Source of the DNA: Ruditapes philippinarum
Taxonomy: Eukaryota
Length of the DNA: 64,000 nt
Assembly: GCF_026571515.1 (NCBI RefSeq)
Contig: NW_026855039.1
Coordinates: forward strand, 1 to 64,000
Direction: 5' to 3'
A model generated the notes under the pieces. The model was not told where the DNA came from. It searched no databases and saw only the letters and a list, made by a program, of their open reading frames with translations. Numbering within the stretch: position 1 is the stretch's first letter; the number at the start of each line of letters is the position of its first letter. The position numbers were made by a program, and so were the translations under genes. This document shows positions 37,032 through 51,743 of this stretch, one piece after another.

Positions 37032-39529
37032 AAAGCTTCTTCGTTTTTACCCATTTGTCATCATTGATTTTTCATTTCAAATGGGTTTTTTATTTGTTAT
37101 TTTTCCCATTCAAAATGGGTTTTTAAATTGTTGTTTTTTCCCCATTTAAAGTGGGTTTATTACGAATTAAAAAAGGAAATCGAAATATCTAGTTAAATAT
37201 ATTTTAAATAACTAGAAAAATGTGTTGTATTCCCTTTTCTCCTATAGATACCAGTGCAGCACAACGTTATCAATTTTCGACATTTTACTTGTTCACTCAG
37301 TTAACAAGATTTGTGTGCTCCGAACGAAACAGACAAAATATCAATACCGATAACATTGTCCGAAACTGCATTATCAACATAATTGTCCAAAAATTATCAG
37401 TCCTTAAATATAATGTTAGCTGGTTGTGAAACGCTCTTATAGTGCTCTTTGAGTAATTTAAGCTGCGTGTCCAGTGCTCTGGAAGTAATGTTGACAATAT
37501 ATGCAGTGCTCTTTGAGTAAAGTTTTAACCTGAGTCATGGTAAATAATTTCATTGGAGAAGCGGAGTATCAAACTTGTGACCCCTTGATTTATATCGGAC
37601 ACTGTTACCACTGAGCCCCAGCGCCCGATCTGATTAAAGGCGTTTTTAAAGGCGTTGTTAGACATTTACTAACATTCGTGGCCTTGCTCGAGGGATTATA
37701 ATATAGACAACATTACAGAAACAACAGTCCGCCATGAGTAATGTTGAGGTTTCAAGCAGTACTCACTCACTTAGTAATTTTCAGTAAAAAGTCAAGATTA
37801 TAGGTCAAGTTATCTCTACATTCGCAAGTAGCCAAAAAACTTATATCTAATATTTTTATAAGTTACAACGTTCTTTCATCTTTTGACTGCAATATGAAAT
37901 ACTATGAAAAAAAAGGAAACAGAAAAACAATCAGAATCGCTTAAGAATGCCCAAAACGGCAGAATGAAAATGTTACATGCTCGGTTTGACGGTAATGGTA
38001 ATTGCAAGCCACCGTCCACATCTTCTAGCACCGGAGTAAGAAAGTCGTATTCAACTTTTAAAAATTTAAGGTGGACCGAACCGTCTAATAGAGTTTGAAA
38101 ATACATCGTCAGACAAACAAAACGCTTTGCTGATTATTACAATATTAAATGTGTCATTGTCATTTTATTAATTTTATATTATAGCTAATGTAGAGAAATT
38201 AATTAAATGACTATTTATATTCATTGTCATCTTATCTCACAGTGTTGATGGAGTGGCTTTTTGGATGATTATGTTAAGATTGGTTAAATAAGTCAAAGCA
38301 TCTAGGAAAAACACACAATTGACTTCTGCACATGGTTAAAGAAGATGCTGTGCATACTTATAGTATTTTAATGCATTGATTTGAAAGTCTTCTGAGTTCT
38401 TATGAAACTACATTTCTTACCTTTGTGTTCAGCCCACCTGCCAGTTTTAAACATAGAAGTGATTTTATTGAGCGTACATAAAATTGCATTTTTGTTTAAT
38501 ACATCTGCTATTATGGTATGTACATGTAACAAGTCAAGAATGGTTTTCTGCCTTAATGACAGGACTGAACAAGGAACCTATTCCCATTTGTGAAAATTCA
38601 TACTTAATTATTCAGAATACACAGTTTTGTGTTTTTCACGACTGAAAGTTCCAACACGATTATAAAATTTCCACAATGCGGTCCCGAACGTGTTTACAAA
38701 ATGGTTAAAAGAGAAGCTGTTATATTTCTTGTTATACAAAAGATTAATGCATAACATGTAAGTGAAGATAAGAACAATACATACAAAAAATATTTAAATA
38801 CAAGGTTATTCAATTCAAACATGACGGGATATTCGCAATTTGTGTACCATTTAATGTAACTAAATCCCTCATCCCGTTTTTCCCAAATAATTATTTTTAT
38901 TGTCCAAAAGAAAAGCGTTGTAACGAATTTTACTTGAATCAGGCTTTGAAACGCACAAGAAGTTGATATGGAACTCGAGTCCAGGTGTAAATTTCACCTA
39001 AAAAGTGTTTTTTTTCCATTATTAGTGCTTCACTCGATTTATCATCTATAAGGAAGTTCCATTTTCACATTGTTGACCTTTGGACCTTAATGGTGTTAAC
39101 CAACAATAGTATACCTAACTTGCTAGGTAAAAACTTGAGATAGACTGGCTATATTTCTATTTCAATGCAAGTTAATTTAATCAAATAAGAAAGCGTTCAT
39201 AATTAATTAGATTTATGGACACCTTATTTTAACTTTAATTTTTTTGTTTAATTCTGTCTTTGCAAAAACACCTGGATGTAAAATGAATTAATCAAAGAAA
39301 ATAATACAAAAATCTACAATTTGATAAACTTATGTCACTGGGTGAGAAAATTGATCAGCCTGACCGAGTTTTGAACCCACAACTATTGGAATACCGTACA
39401 ACGGCTCTACCGACTGAGCTATTAATCCCTCCTACACACGTTTTTATTATAAAATTTGTTAACAGTTTAAAACCTTGTCACAAGAAATGAAAAGTATATA
39501 AAAATAGTATTTTAGAGTACTATGTTATT

Positions 39530-41380
39530 TCCCTATTCACTGATCGGTCGAGTATTGTTTTTCTGTTCCATTTATTCCAATGTACCAGAGTTTTCATGTT
39601 CGTTTTTTCTGTTTATTTGTTTCTTTATTTGTGTTACTGGTTCGATGTCGCGATTTGAGAAATTTTTAAACCGCATGCTTATGATAGCCTCTGGGAAACC
39701 CTCAAGGTATCTTGTGTATATATGAGTTGATGCGTTTTCAAAATCATGCATATATTCTGAGGGTGCAGAAAAACCGTAATGACGTTTCTTTGGTACTTTT
39801 GTGCCGATTTTGATTGAATCACCACAGCTCTATCGGAGGTCGACTGTTACATTAAATTATATGGAGAACTTTCCTTTTTGAGAATCAACTCTGGAATTAA
39901 GTTGATAACTTTGTCATCTTGGTGCAGTTGTCGTATTTGAAAATTTTGTTTAAAGCTAAGACTTTCAATAGCGACACTGCCTGATATATCAAGGCTTAGG
40001 GATTCATGAGTTCCAACTTTCCCATTGGCTCTAAAACCTATCCGTCTATTATGCCCTTGGATATTGACTTGACTTGTACAATTCTATTCCTATCATAAGA
40101 GTGAAAAATATTTGGTGCGCGACACTCTTCATCATACGCGGAATACAGAGACTTTTTCTTTTTCTCATGTGGACGAAATTTTCCAAGAACTATGTTTTGC
40201 TAAACACACATCCCTTACTATGTAGCTATTTGAACTGTACTAGTAATGCTATCATGTATGTATTTTTTCTCATCACTTTCGGAACTATTTACCATTAATG
40301 TTTCTGTCTCAGGAATACGCCTTTCACAGGAGTTTGTGCAAACAGCCACACGTTGTATTCTGTTGATGTAACCTGAAATATCTGCATATTCTTCTAATGA
40401 AAAGTACCCCTTCCTACTTACACTTCTAAGTAATGATTCACTTGTCATAGTTTGTATCCGTACTCGATAAAAACACTCGCCAATAAATTTACGGACTTTC
40501 ATGCCATTAACTTCTTCTCCATTTTCTGCAATCTTCTTTCTTGCCCATTTATCAACTGCTTCCAATATCTTTGTTTCATCGGCATACAATGTATCACCCT
40601 TTAGAATATACAGCAGGCATTTCTCATTCAGATTCATAAAACTTTCAGATTCGAGGACTTCCAATGTATGGTTGTCGATAAAAGAACAGCAGGTGTCTCT
40701 CAGTGCAGTGAGGTCGTACAACATCGCGTTACTGAGAACATCACATGCGTTGTCCGTTGTAATGACTTTCATCAACAAGTCTGCACAATACTGTACAAAA
40801 CTGGAAACTTGGTAGAAGTGAGCTGTACGCAAAATGTCAAACGCTGTTTCTGCAGAAAGGTCCATGGTTTCGTTTTATACGTACCTAGAAAAATGTTGAG
40901 CTATTAATAACAAATTCTCCGAGTACAAATGATTTTAATGTTTAATTGCTGTGAAAGAGCATTTAACGTAGTTACCTCTTGGAATTCAAAGGACAATTAA
41001 AACAAGATTCACTACATATATCAACTATTAAAGAATAGAATAACTTGAATATCACAGCTTATCTACCTTTGTCATAAGTCGAATGTTTCCCTTGTCACGT
41101 GTTCCAGTTCCACCTCGTCATTCCTTGTCAGCACATGGACCAAAGAAAATTGCCTGGAACACTAGACTTCTAGCAGCTAAAACAATCTTATGTGCTTTAA
41201 TTGTAGCCACCTCAGGGTGATCTTTGTAGTGGAAAGTCACATCAGTCCAAAGACTTAAGTTAGACATTTCTAACATACATGCTGCAAGACCTTCGGTCTC
41301 GCGAGATATCAATATTTCACCGCTGCTCGTAGAAAAATACATAGCCTCAGAAATCTACTACAACATAAAATTCCGTATTT
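39530..41380 (-). pseudogene. BTB/POZ-BACK domain pseudogene (copy A)
   Basis: Colinear with 45582-47376 but carries a +1 frameshift at ~41123, TGA at ~41073-41075, TAA at 40875-40877 and TAG at 40218, with further degeneration downstream. Confidence 0.9.
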
Positions 41381-44264
41381 ATCCAAATGTGTACTTGTAT
41401 TCGCAGAAAAATTAACAGATGTGTGTGTAACTAAAAGTTATGTACGTAGCAAATTTTTACAAGCTATTCAATAGATATGAAGTCAGTTAAAAAGCGTATA
41501 ACTTGTAACTGAATGTTGTCATTGAAATAATTTCAATGCTTTAGTGTCAACGGTAAATATTTCTTATTTTACAAATTACTTTTATTCATAAGCACAAAGT
41601 GTGACGTTAACAATAGATACAAGTCTTACATAAGTTTAAATCTAAACAGTATTCTAATTGCAATGCTAAATCAATAAAAATACGCGATTTTTTAAATCTA
41701 AATTTCAACTTTTTTTTACAAATCTTAGGCGAATAAAGCTACCCTTTGAATTATTAAAAAACAATAACATATCAACTGTGATATAAACTATACTGTAATG
41801 TTGATTCCATAACCTTTTGGTTGATTCTCAAAAGAGTTGTAACATAGAATATCTCTGTGATTTAATACACACGAAATTTGTATGTAAACAAAATAATATT
41901 CTGCTATTGTAACTTTAGTTTCATCCTTTTAGATTTGGGTGTTACTGCAGTATGCTTTAATAAGTAAAGTTGGAATGTCATAATCTGGTGTGGAATTTCT
42001 TTTTTAAAATTTGTCTTCTGATTAGTGTCAATTAGAAATAAAAATTAGATACATGTTATGTGGTGAAATCGTTTCACACTTATGACATTCTCTGTGTGTT
42101 TTCATGCTAACAAATACATATGAACTAAACTTTTTATTTAATAACATATTAGAGTGCATGTATAATGTTATGTATTTGAATTAATTGATGGGTAATCGCC
42201 CCGAAAATCCAGAACATTGAATCCAGTGAAAATTTCTTCAAAATTAATTATTCAGTGAAAATGGTTAAAAATCTGGCTCACAATCAATTGATTGCTTCTT
42301 GATTGAATATCGATTTTTCTGTAATTCGTAGTCAAAAAACTGCAGTGCTTTTCATTTTTAGGTCATTTTGCATACTGGTTAATAAAGATAATTATTCTGG
42401 AAAAAATAGGATTGCCATCAATGGAGTCCCAAATGCGATTTTGTGAACAGTAAAAATATATTTTTTTCATAATGTTACAATTGATTCTCGAAAGAGTTGT
42501 TACATACCAAGTATCTGTTGTTTAACACACATTCATATTGCACTTAAACAGAATTATAAGTTTCAGAACAAAATATTTTTCAAAATTATTATTTGTAAAA
42601 ACTACAGATATAAAGTAGGGATTAAATGGCTTGGCGATTATGTTAAAACGTGCCATTGGCTTTTAATGAAATTTACTAAGATAATTATTTCCTTCATACA
42701 GACATTTCTTCAAATTTCAAAAAGGGCTTTTGGGATATATAAGCTTCCTACAGTTTAAATTGTGTTTAAGTGTAGATTATGGGTGTTTCTTCTCATGCCC
42801 AAATTAATGTATGGAGGGGCACTCAAAGTCTTCCTCCACTACTAAAGCTGTAAAGTGACCATATGACCTTTACAGTGTTGTTGCAGTTTAACCCCACCAG
42901 AACTCGTTTAAAGCTTGTCTTTATTTGATTTAACTTTGGTCAGATATTTTATATATGTATATCTTTTTCATGAAAAACTTATTTATATTTGATAGCAAGG
43001 CATGTATCATTATTTGTGTTAATATTCTTTTATGTGCAAAATAAATTATTATTGAAAATATATTTCTTTAGATATTTTTATGTGTATTTTTCCTTAGTCT
43101 TAGAAAGATATTCATAATAATGCGGCACAATTCTATTGATGAATACTATTGATAAATACTTTTGATGAATTTTACAAGATTCGAGTACATGCTGAATCAT
43201 TAAGAAATTGTGGGTCATATTAATTCAGATTAAAGTCGAGGTTAGTTTTGTTTTGTGAAACTAAAATGCCCAGAGCTTAGAAATTTGGCATTAAGCATTG
43301 CTCTGTGGACATACCTGTTAATGAATCATGTCCCCTGGGTCAATATTTGCCATGCCTCAGGATTCTCTTAATTTGTACAGACTGTATATAGGAATGCACT
43401 TAATAAGATAAGCGTTATTGTGTCAAACTACATTGCCCAGATATTTGGCATGTGGCATTGCCATGTGGACCTCTATAATATTGATAGTAATAACGCTCGT
43501 GGGTCAATATTGGCCCAATCCCGCGAGTTGCTAAATTCATATAGAAATATAAAGGTAAACGCATTGAGTTTTATTGTGTGAAACTATAAAACCCAGAGCT
43601 TAGATATTTATCATGTAGCATTGTCATGGGACCTCCACACAACTTATTTGAGTCTTGCTCCTAGAGTCAATATTTTCGTTCCATAAGGATCATATAATTT
43701 ATATAGGCATATATAGGAAAAATTAAGTTATATTGTGTATAATTACAATGCACAGATCTAAGATATTTGACATGTATTATTGCCGTTTAGACATCTTCAA
43801 AACTGAAACAAATTATGATCTTTGGGTAAATATTGGCCAGTCCCTGTGGGTAACTTGATTCATATTGACTTACATTGAAAAATAATTGAAGTCATATTGT
43901 GTGAATGTGCAATGAGGGCTGTGGACCTTTAAGAAATTGATATTAATCAAGGCCCTGTGTTGATGATAGACTAATATAATAACATAGGATACCACAAAAT
44001 CTCAAAATAATTTACCATGTAGACATTCGGCACACTTGTCTAGCCAATAATGGTAAAATTATTATAAGATAATCTCCCCTAGATTATTAAGAACAAAATT
44101 ACTATTCAGCACCCGTTTACTATTTGAGTAATTTTGCTTTATGATCTTTGATAAGAATATGTTTGCAACCAAAATTGCTGGAAGTACAAGTTTGCAACAA
44201 AAATGCTGTTTAACAAGATATTTTTGTGTATTGGTCTTGTTTATTAAACAGTTATAACAATGGT

Positions 44265-44386
44265 GCTTGAAATTCTATCAATAATGACTCTAAAGGTCCA
44301 ATTTCCTATACATAATTTTTTTTATATAAAAAAGGTATTGATTTTTGTTATTGGACTTTAGAGCGATTATTGATAGAATTTCAAGC
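44265..44386. repeat. Inverted repeat (~38-bp arms), probable transposon remnant
   Basis: GCTTGAAATTCTATCAATAAT...CTCTAAAG.TCCAAT paired with ATTGGACTTTAGAG...ATTATTGATAGAATTTCAAGC. Confidence 0.7.
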
Positions 44387-45581
44387 TCCTGTGGTTATAC
44401 AGCACTGATAGAAAAATATTTTTATATTGTCTGGGTTGATGAACTTCAAATCTTAAAGAATTGAATAAATGAGTAAAAAACCGACAAGAAAAATCACCTG
44501 TCAAATCTCAAAATATGTACATGACCAATTTGTATCTTCAATAACTTCTCAGGAGCTGAGCATCTCCATAAGGAATTGGCATATTAAAAAAAATTCATAA
44601 TAACATTCAAACCCGCTTACGTGCGGGCGTTATAAGTATTTATGACTAGCAAAAAAAAAAAAAAAAAAACAACCAAAAAAAAAAAACAAAAAAACAACAA
44701 CAACAACAAAAACAACCACTTTATCATTGAATACTAAATGATGTTTCGGGCACACATTTTATAATACACATTTCTATATTTTCCGACATGCAAAAGTTTG
44801 AGATACTTACGTTTTTACTGGACCTTTCACTTCATAATAATTTAAGTTAACTTAATACATTACCGATAATAACGTTAACTAGGCCGATACGAAAGTAAAT
44901 ACTTTAATGAATGATGGATGTTGCATAAATAATCAGGCGGGGAAAATGTCTTTAAATATTTCCTGAAAGTTTGGGCAAAATATCATGTTATTTTTGCAAA
45001 ATAAATAAAAAAGTGGTAAACATGTGTTTACAGGGCAGGAAAAATATGTAGCCTGTCCGTACCACGGATTTACCGACTGAGCTATTAATCCGCTTACACA
45101 CTTTTTTAAGTAATAGAAAGAGCATCGAAACACGAGGCTATCTGATTTGTACTAGGAGGCATAGCCCCACGAGTATTCATCGGATTACCGAGTGTTTTGT
45201 ACCATTGTCAAACATAAAGAGACGGTCACTGTTGTCACAATATGAAACCTCAGAAATAAGTAACCAATGAACGAGCATTTGAATATGATATTGCTATCGC
45301 TTTCCCATTCTCTGCCGTCACAATAAGTAAACCCCAGCAAAAAACGAGCCAATCAATGGGCATGCTCTGGAGTGCGGGTAACTAATACCTGCACTCAAGT
45401 TAAAGCACGCTTTTACTCTAACGCACTTTCAACAAAAAGGTCCTCAAACTATGATACAAATAAAAATAGTGAACAGTTTAATTCTGTGAAATTAGAAATG
45501 AAAATTTATTTTAGGATAATATGTTATTTCTTTTGATCTGACCGGTCAACTTTTGTCTTTCTGTTGTCTTTCTGATTCCAC

Positions 45582-47376
45582 CTACGACTTTTTGGAACAG
45601 ATTCCATGTACTTTTTGTGTTCCACTTTTCAGAGGAAGGACAGGTTTAATATCGCGATTTGAAAAAAATTTAAACTGCATGCTTTTTATTGCCCCTTGGA
45701 AACCATTAACGTATCTTGTGTGTATTTCACGTGAGTGTGCAGAAAAACCGCAATAGTTTTTTTTGGGTACTGCGCCAATTTTGATTGCACCACCACAGGT
45801 ATATCGAAGGACAACTGTTAATTTGTACGGAGAACTTGCTTTTTTGAGTATTAATTCTGGAATTATTTTAATAACGTTGTTGTCTTGGTGTTGCATTTTA
45901 AAATCTTGTTTAAAGCTAAGACTTTCAATAGTGACACTACCTGATATATCTAGGTTTAGGTATTCAGGGAGTTCCAACTCTTCAATTGGCTTTAAAACGT
46001 ATCCTTTTACTTCATTCCATATTGACTCGACTTGTACAATCAATTTATTACGAGACATTTCTTTATCTTTTTTAGTTATACTTTGAATTTGTTTATGATA
46101 CTCATTTTCAAACGGGGAATACAGAGACTTTTTCAATGTTTCATACGGACACAATTTTCCAATAACAATTTTTGATAAACACACATCTCGTCCTACAACT
46201 ATTTGAACTGTACTTGAAATGCTATCATGTACTGTGTATTTGTTCTCTCCACTTGCCAAACTATTTTCTTCACCTTTACAATAACCTAACATTTCTTGGA
46301 CTGTCTCGGTCTCCGAAATACGCCCAACACTGGAGTTTGTAGAAACGGATATACCCGATATTCTATTGATGTAACCTGAAATATCGGCATATTCTTCTAC
46401 TGAAAAATATCCTCTTCTACTCACACTTCTTAGTAATGATTCACTTGTCATAGTTGGTATCCGTACTTGATAAAAACACTCGCCGAGATATTTACGGACA
46501 TTCGTGCCGTTAACTTCTTCTCCATTTTCTGCAATCTTCTTTCTTGCCCATTTATCAACTGCTTCCAATATCTTTGTTTCATCTGCATACAATGTATCAC
46601 CTTTTAGAATATACAGCAGGCATTTCTCATTCAGATTCATAAAGCTGTCAGATTTAAGGACTTCCAATGCATGGTTGTCGATAAAAGAACAGCAGGTGTC
46701 TCTCAGTGCAGTGAGGTCGTACAACATCGCGTTACTGAGAACATCACATGCGTTATCCGTTGTAATGACATTCATCAAAAAGACTGCACAAAACTGTACA
46801 AGACTGGAAACTTGGTAGCAGTGAGCTGTACGCAAAATTTCAAACACTGTTTCTGTAGAAAGGTCCACAGTATCACTGTATACGTACCTAGAGAAAATGT
46901 AGAATGATTAACAACATATTCGGTAGGAAAAAATGATTTTAATGTTTAATTGTTGTGAAAGAGCATTAATGTAGACACCATTTAGATTTAAAAGGACATT
47001 TAAAAAAAGTTTCACTAAATATATAAACTTGTAAAAATAGAGTTATTTTAATATCACAGGTTATTTACCTAAGGAATAAGTCGAATGTTTCCCTTGTTAC
47101 GTGTTCCAGTTCCACCTGGTCATTCTTGTCAGCACATGGACCAAAGAACATTGCCTGAAACACTTGACTTCTAGCAGCTAAAACTGTCTTGTGCGCTTTG
47201 ATTGTAGCCACCTCAGCGTGATCTTTGAAACGAAAAATCACATCAGTCCAAAGACTTTGGTTATACATTTCTAACAAACATGCTCCCAGACCTTTGTTCT
47301 GTTGACAGCCGACGGTATACGTCTGTAGGGCGTCTGTAGAGCGTTGTAGAACGTGAACAGCGTCATCTGACTCCAT
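45582..47376 (-). CDS. BTB/POZ-BACK domain protein, BTBD1/2/3/6-like (copy B, intact; 2 coding exons, 537 aa)
   Basis: Exons 47376-47069 and 46887-45582. Motifs WTDVIF...IKAHKTVLAARSQVFQAMFFG, FLRYVYSD, and BACK-type E..ILEAVDKWA...VRIPTMT. Confidence 0.9.
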
Positions 47377-48509
47377 CCTGAATAGATCTTCTACCAATTA
47401 TTGTATCCAAAAGAGTACCTGTATGCGAGAGCAATTAATATATTTATTTAATATAACAAATTTAATAAAATTTCTACAAAACTATTCAATGGATATAAAG
47501 TCATTTTTAATACGTATAACTTTAAACACACTGAATGTCGTCACTGAAATAATATCAGCGCTCTAGTGACAACCGTAACAAAACATATCTAATATTACAA
47601 ATAACTTTTATTCATAATCACGAAGTGTGAAATTAACAATAAATACAAATCTTTCACAAGTATGATTTTTTAAACTGTTACGGTCAGGGCTGGGAATCAA
47701 AACTGCGTCGTATCCTACAAAATGTAAACAAACGCCGCCATCTTGGAACGAAAAACGTATGTTTTTGTTTATAACTCTTTTTGTTGGAAATGACTGAAAA
47801 CAAGATATATGTATTAACACGCTACACTATTTTCCGCTTCGTTCGGTATATGTTGCTTGCACAACTATTCTGTAAAACAAAAGTTATAGCGAACTTGCAA
47901 CTCGAAGCGGGGCAGAATTTTTATGAAAATGTGTGGATACGACGCAGTTCATATTGCTTTATCTATCGTTTTTTCCTTCAAATCAATTATATATTTGTTT
48001 CAGAGTTCACCATAAACTTCGAAATATAATTTTGCATCATTTACTAAAATTTCATTAAAAAAAGATGTTTTTTTTCTAAGAAAATAATGATTTTTACGAA
48101 ATGATACGACGCAGTTGAAAATAAAATATGATACGACGCAGTTGTATTTTTGGCAGTCTTTTCAACAGGGATAATTTTGGCAATATATTTCTATTTTATG
48201 GAATAATCACTTGCGCTAGATAAAAATCCCAGATCATTTGCGGTGTATAGCAATGTTCTGTTGCTTTTGATTATTTAGAATACAATGTGTCATGTCCAAT
48301 ATAACATTTAATTTGAAAGTTATCATTGCGGAAGCTACTTTTCAGTTAAACATGAACATGTTACCTTATTGATCATAATATCTGAAATAATTTCTTATAT
48401 TTTCCTGTATGTTCAATATTATCCCTATTTTTTTTTCGCAAAAAAATGTAGAAATCTATTAACTTGAATTCATTTTGGCTAGCTGCGCTCTAAGTTAACT
48501 GTGGTTCTG

Positions 48510-48775
48510 CATGTTCTGGGTTTGACTGCTTTTTTTGTGGTTTCTTTTCAAACTTTCACTCTACGCATTAGCTTTACTAGGGGCGAGGACCTCAGGTGCG
48601 CCTTTGTGCATTATTTCAGGCAAAATGTTGTACCTGCAGAGAACCATCGACATTTTGAAACTAGCTTGATAGATTTTCCACACGAAAGAATAAAAAGTCC
48701 CTGGTGGTTTTCGAATTCATAGCAGTTGAGTTCAAGTGATTTAAATTCTGTAAACATAAACAGCTCGGCCTCGGT
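48510..48775 (-). mobile_element. Degenerate tRNA-SINE inside the long-TIR element
   Basis: GACCTCAGGTGCGCCTTTGTGCATTATTTCAGGC core, matching 15625-15892. Confidence 0.65.
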
Positions 48776-48819
48776 CGGACACACCTGTCTGATTTGGTTT
48801 TTTTAACAAAATTTGTTAA

Positions 48820-49326
48820 AGGGATACACAGGCAAAATTTTCATCTCTTAGTTTTGAATTTTTCATTCATTATTCTATTAATGCCCTCAAAATGAATATA
48901 TTAGACAGTCAAAGAAACAAAACTTTTTCCATATAAAGAATAAAATGGTGGTTTCCTAACTTGACCCGCGTGGGTCAGGTTAGAGCGCTATGATTTCGCA
49001 ATATTTGCCAAAGTGAACTCTGGAAACGTTAAAGAACATTTCAAATGAATGACATAGACTTGTTTCAATCATACAATATCCAAAATATCTGTTTTTGTAA
49101 TTTAAAGGATTGGCTGAAGTTACCTGACTTGTTTTAAAACTATTTTTTAATTCTATTGGAGTCTAAATCTTGTTAAACATGTATAGATATATTTACGTTT
49201 CAAACCCAAAATGTATAAAATTCAAACAGACATTCATGCTGAAACTTCAAGAAACGTCGTTTTAGCCTGTTTTCAGTACATAAGATCATTTTAATATTTT
49301 TGTCATTATTTTGCCTGAATATCCCT
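48820..49326. mobile_element. Kolobok-like MITE nested in the long-TIR element
   Basis: TTAA|AGGGATACACAGGCAAAAT...ATTTTGCCTGAATATCCCT|TTAA. Confidence 0.8.
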
Positions 49327-51609
49327 TTAACGTCAGCTGTACAAATAAACAGCTTTTTTTATTAACTTCTGGCGTGAAGTTTTAAGATTATAAATATTTG
49401 AATTAATTATAAAGGGAATAAAATTTAAATTTCTTATTTCGGTATGACTAGCAGAGAAATTTGAACATTGTAAACAGGGGGTAATCCTCTGTGAAGTCAT
49501 TTTCTGAAAACTTTTGTTTAAGTCTTCAGGCAATTCATTATCAAATAAAAATCACACTTAGTTAAGATGTCATATGTCTCTAGTCTGTTGAAAATTCGAT
49601 ACGATAATCTGACCTAAATTTTCTGTTCAATATTGTGAAAACTTAATCATTCTTCAATACTGTTGAAAGATAATGTCTGCCTATATCTGTATCAAATTCA
49701 TCGGTGCATAGCGTAAAATACCTTTGCAAAACGGATACCTTTTTTACAAAATAATTTGTAGTTGTATCATATGTAACTCGATTTTGAAAATTTAAAGTTT
49801 TTTGATGGAGAAGAATGATACTTAAGTGCAAATATAGAAAATACATTCCCATTGGCGATAAAGAAACGCAATACGACAAAATCGGGGGTAAAGTTCCGCG
49901 GCGCTGAACATAAAATGACTAAACGGAACGCATAACCTACTTGCAAAAATATATTGTAGCTTAACCATTTATAATATAATTTTAAAACTTTAATGTTCAG
50001 TTTCAAATAATAAAGCTCATCTGTTCTCATCGATAATTAAGAAAATGAATACAATAAAATCGTCACGTAAAAGACATAAGTAATAACGGAATTGACGGAA
50101 ATTATTGCTAATTACAAGTAATAAAGGTAGGCATTCCCGATAGCGAGAGACATTTTCAAAATTTATAATTCTTTCTTTTTTTTTTTTTTTTTTTTTTTCT
50201 TTTTTTTTTAAAGGTCATTCCTGATCAATACAGGGTCCAGGAGAGGTTACACTGGAATATTGAATTTTGTATCAAAAATAGTAATCACTCCCATTTCGAA
50301 CTCATGGGAACAAGTTTATAAGCATGCTAAGGCAACACTAGAACACATTGTCATATGGGTGTGCGATCACGTGTTTCAATGTATATTGCATTTGATACAG
50401 CTTTTCGGAATTTGTAGATGCTTATGATTAGTACTAAAATGCGACCGAAAAATGCAGCCTTAATAGAATTGTATTACATTTCCATTTTTTTTTAAACCAA
50501 TGAGTGACCTCTGCTTTTGACTTAAGTTGTAAACAAGAAATGTTGTTGGACGTTATTAGCATACCTAGCACATAATTTAAATAGTTTAACCAATATTCAG
50601 TCTGAAATGAAAATACAACTGCGTCGTATCATATTTTATTTTCAACTGCGTCGTATCATTTCGTAAAAATCATTATTTTCTTGGAAAATAAACATCTCTT
50701 TTAAATGAAAGTTTAGTAAATGATGCAAAATTATGTTTTGAAGTTTATGGTGAACTCTGAAAACGAGTATATAATTGATTTGAAGGAATAAACGATAGAT
50801 AAAGCAATATGAACTGCGTCGTATCCACACATTTTCATAAAAATTCTGCCCCGCTTCAAGTTACAAGTTCGCTATAACTTTTGTTTTACAAAATAGTTGT
50901 GCAAGCAACATATACCGAACGAAGCGGAAAATAGTGTAGCGTGTTAATACATATATCTCGTTTTCAGTCATTTCCAACAAAAAGAGTTATAAACAAAAAC
51001 ATACGTTTTTCGCTCCAAGATGGCGGCGTTTGTTTACATTTTGTAGGATACGACGCAGTTTTGATTCCCAGCCCTGACGGTATCAAAAATAATACTCTAA
51101 TCGCAATGCTAAATCAATAAAATGACACAATTTTTTTATCAAAATATTAACATATTTTACTAACATGGTTTACAGAATCTAAGGAGAATTAATATATATT
51201 GTTAAATTAAAGAAAAATCAGCAGTAATATTAACTATTATTATTGGCGTCCGCGCCGAAGCGCGGCGCTCTTATGGAATGAGATCAGATTTTGTGAAAGG
51301 GCGACAGCAACTTCTCGAGCCTTTTAGTCGGTCATAATAAAAGCCGAAAATTCCGATCGGTATGAGGGTGCTTGATTATTAAATAAGAATGAAATGTCGC
51401 GATATGTTACAATGAATTTTCGCAATGCAAACATTTACAAATGAAATAACCTTTTCCGTCAATAAATCGCGCTCTTCGGGGTTTTTTATTTATCATTTTG
51501 TAGTACACAGTCGGTTATCATGTCATGGTATGTTATTGTTGTACATGTATCCTAGAATGATCAGTTGATGACCTAAATATTCCAAAAACCTATTTATAGA
51601 TATTATATG

Positions 51610-51743
51610 TTATTTTGGTTTAGGAGTGATATATGTGGATATATTACCTGTTAAGATTTTATATCACCCGAGCCGTTAGGCGAGGGTGATATTTTATCTT
51701 GGCAGGTAATATTTCCACATATATCACTCCAAAACCAAAATAA
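51610..51743. repeat. ~130-bp near-perfect palindrome, probable end of a non-autonomous element
   Basis: TTATTTTGGTTT.GGAGTGATATATGTGGA...TCCACATATATCACTCC.AAACCAAAATAA around a GC-rich loop. Confidence 0.8.

Larger units (their letters stand above)
47685..51076. mobile_element. Non-autonomous DNA transposon with ~465-bp TIRs and a 5-bp target duplication (hAT5-like, tentative)
   Basis: TIRs 47685-48150 and 50610-51076 begin CAGGGCTGGGAATCAAAAC; ACGGT at 47680-47684 and 51077-51081; no transposase ORF inside. Confidence 0.9.
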
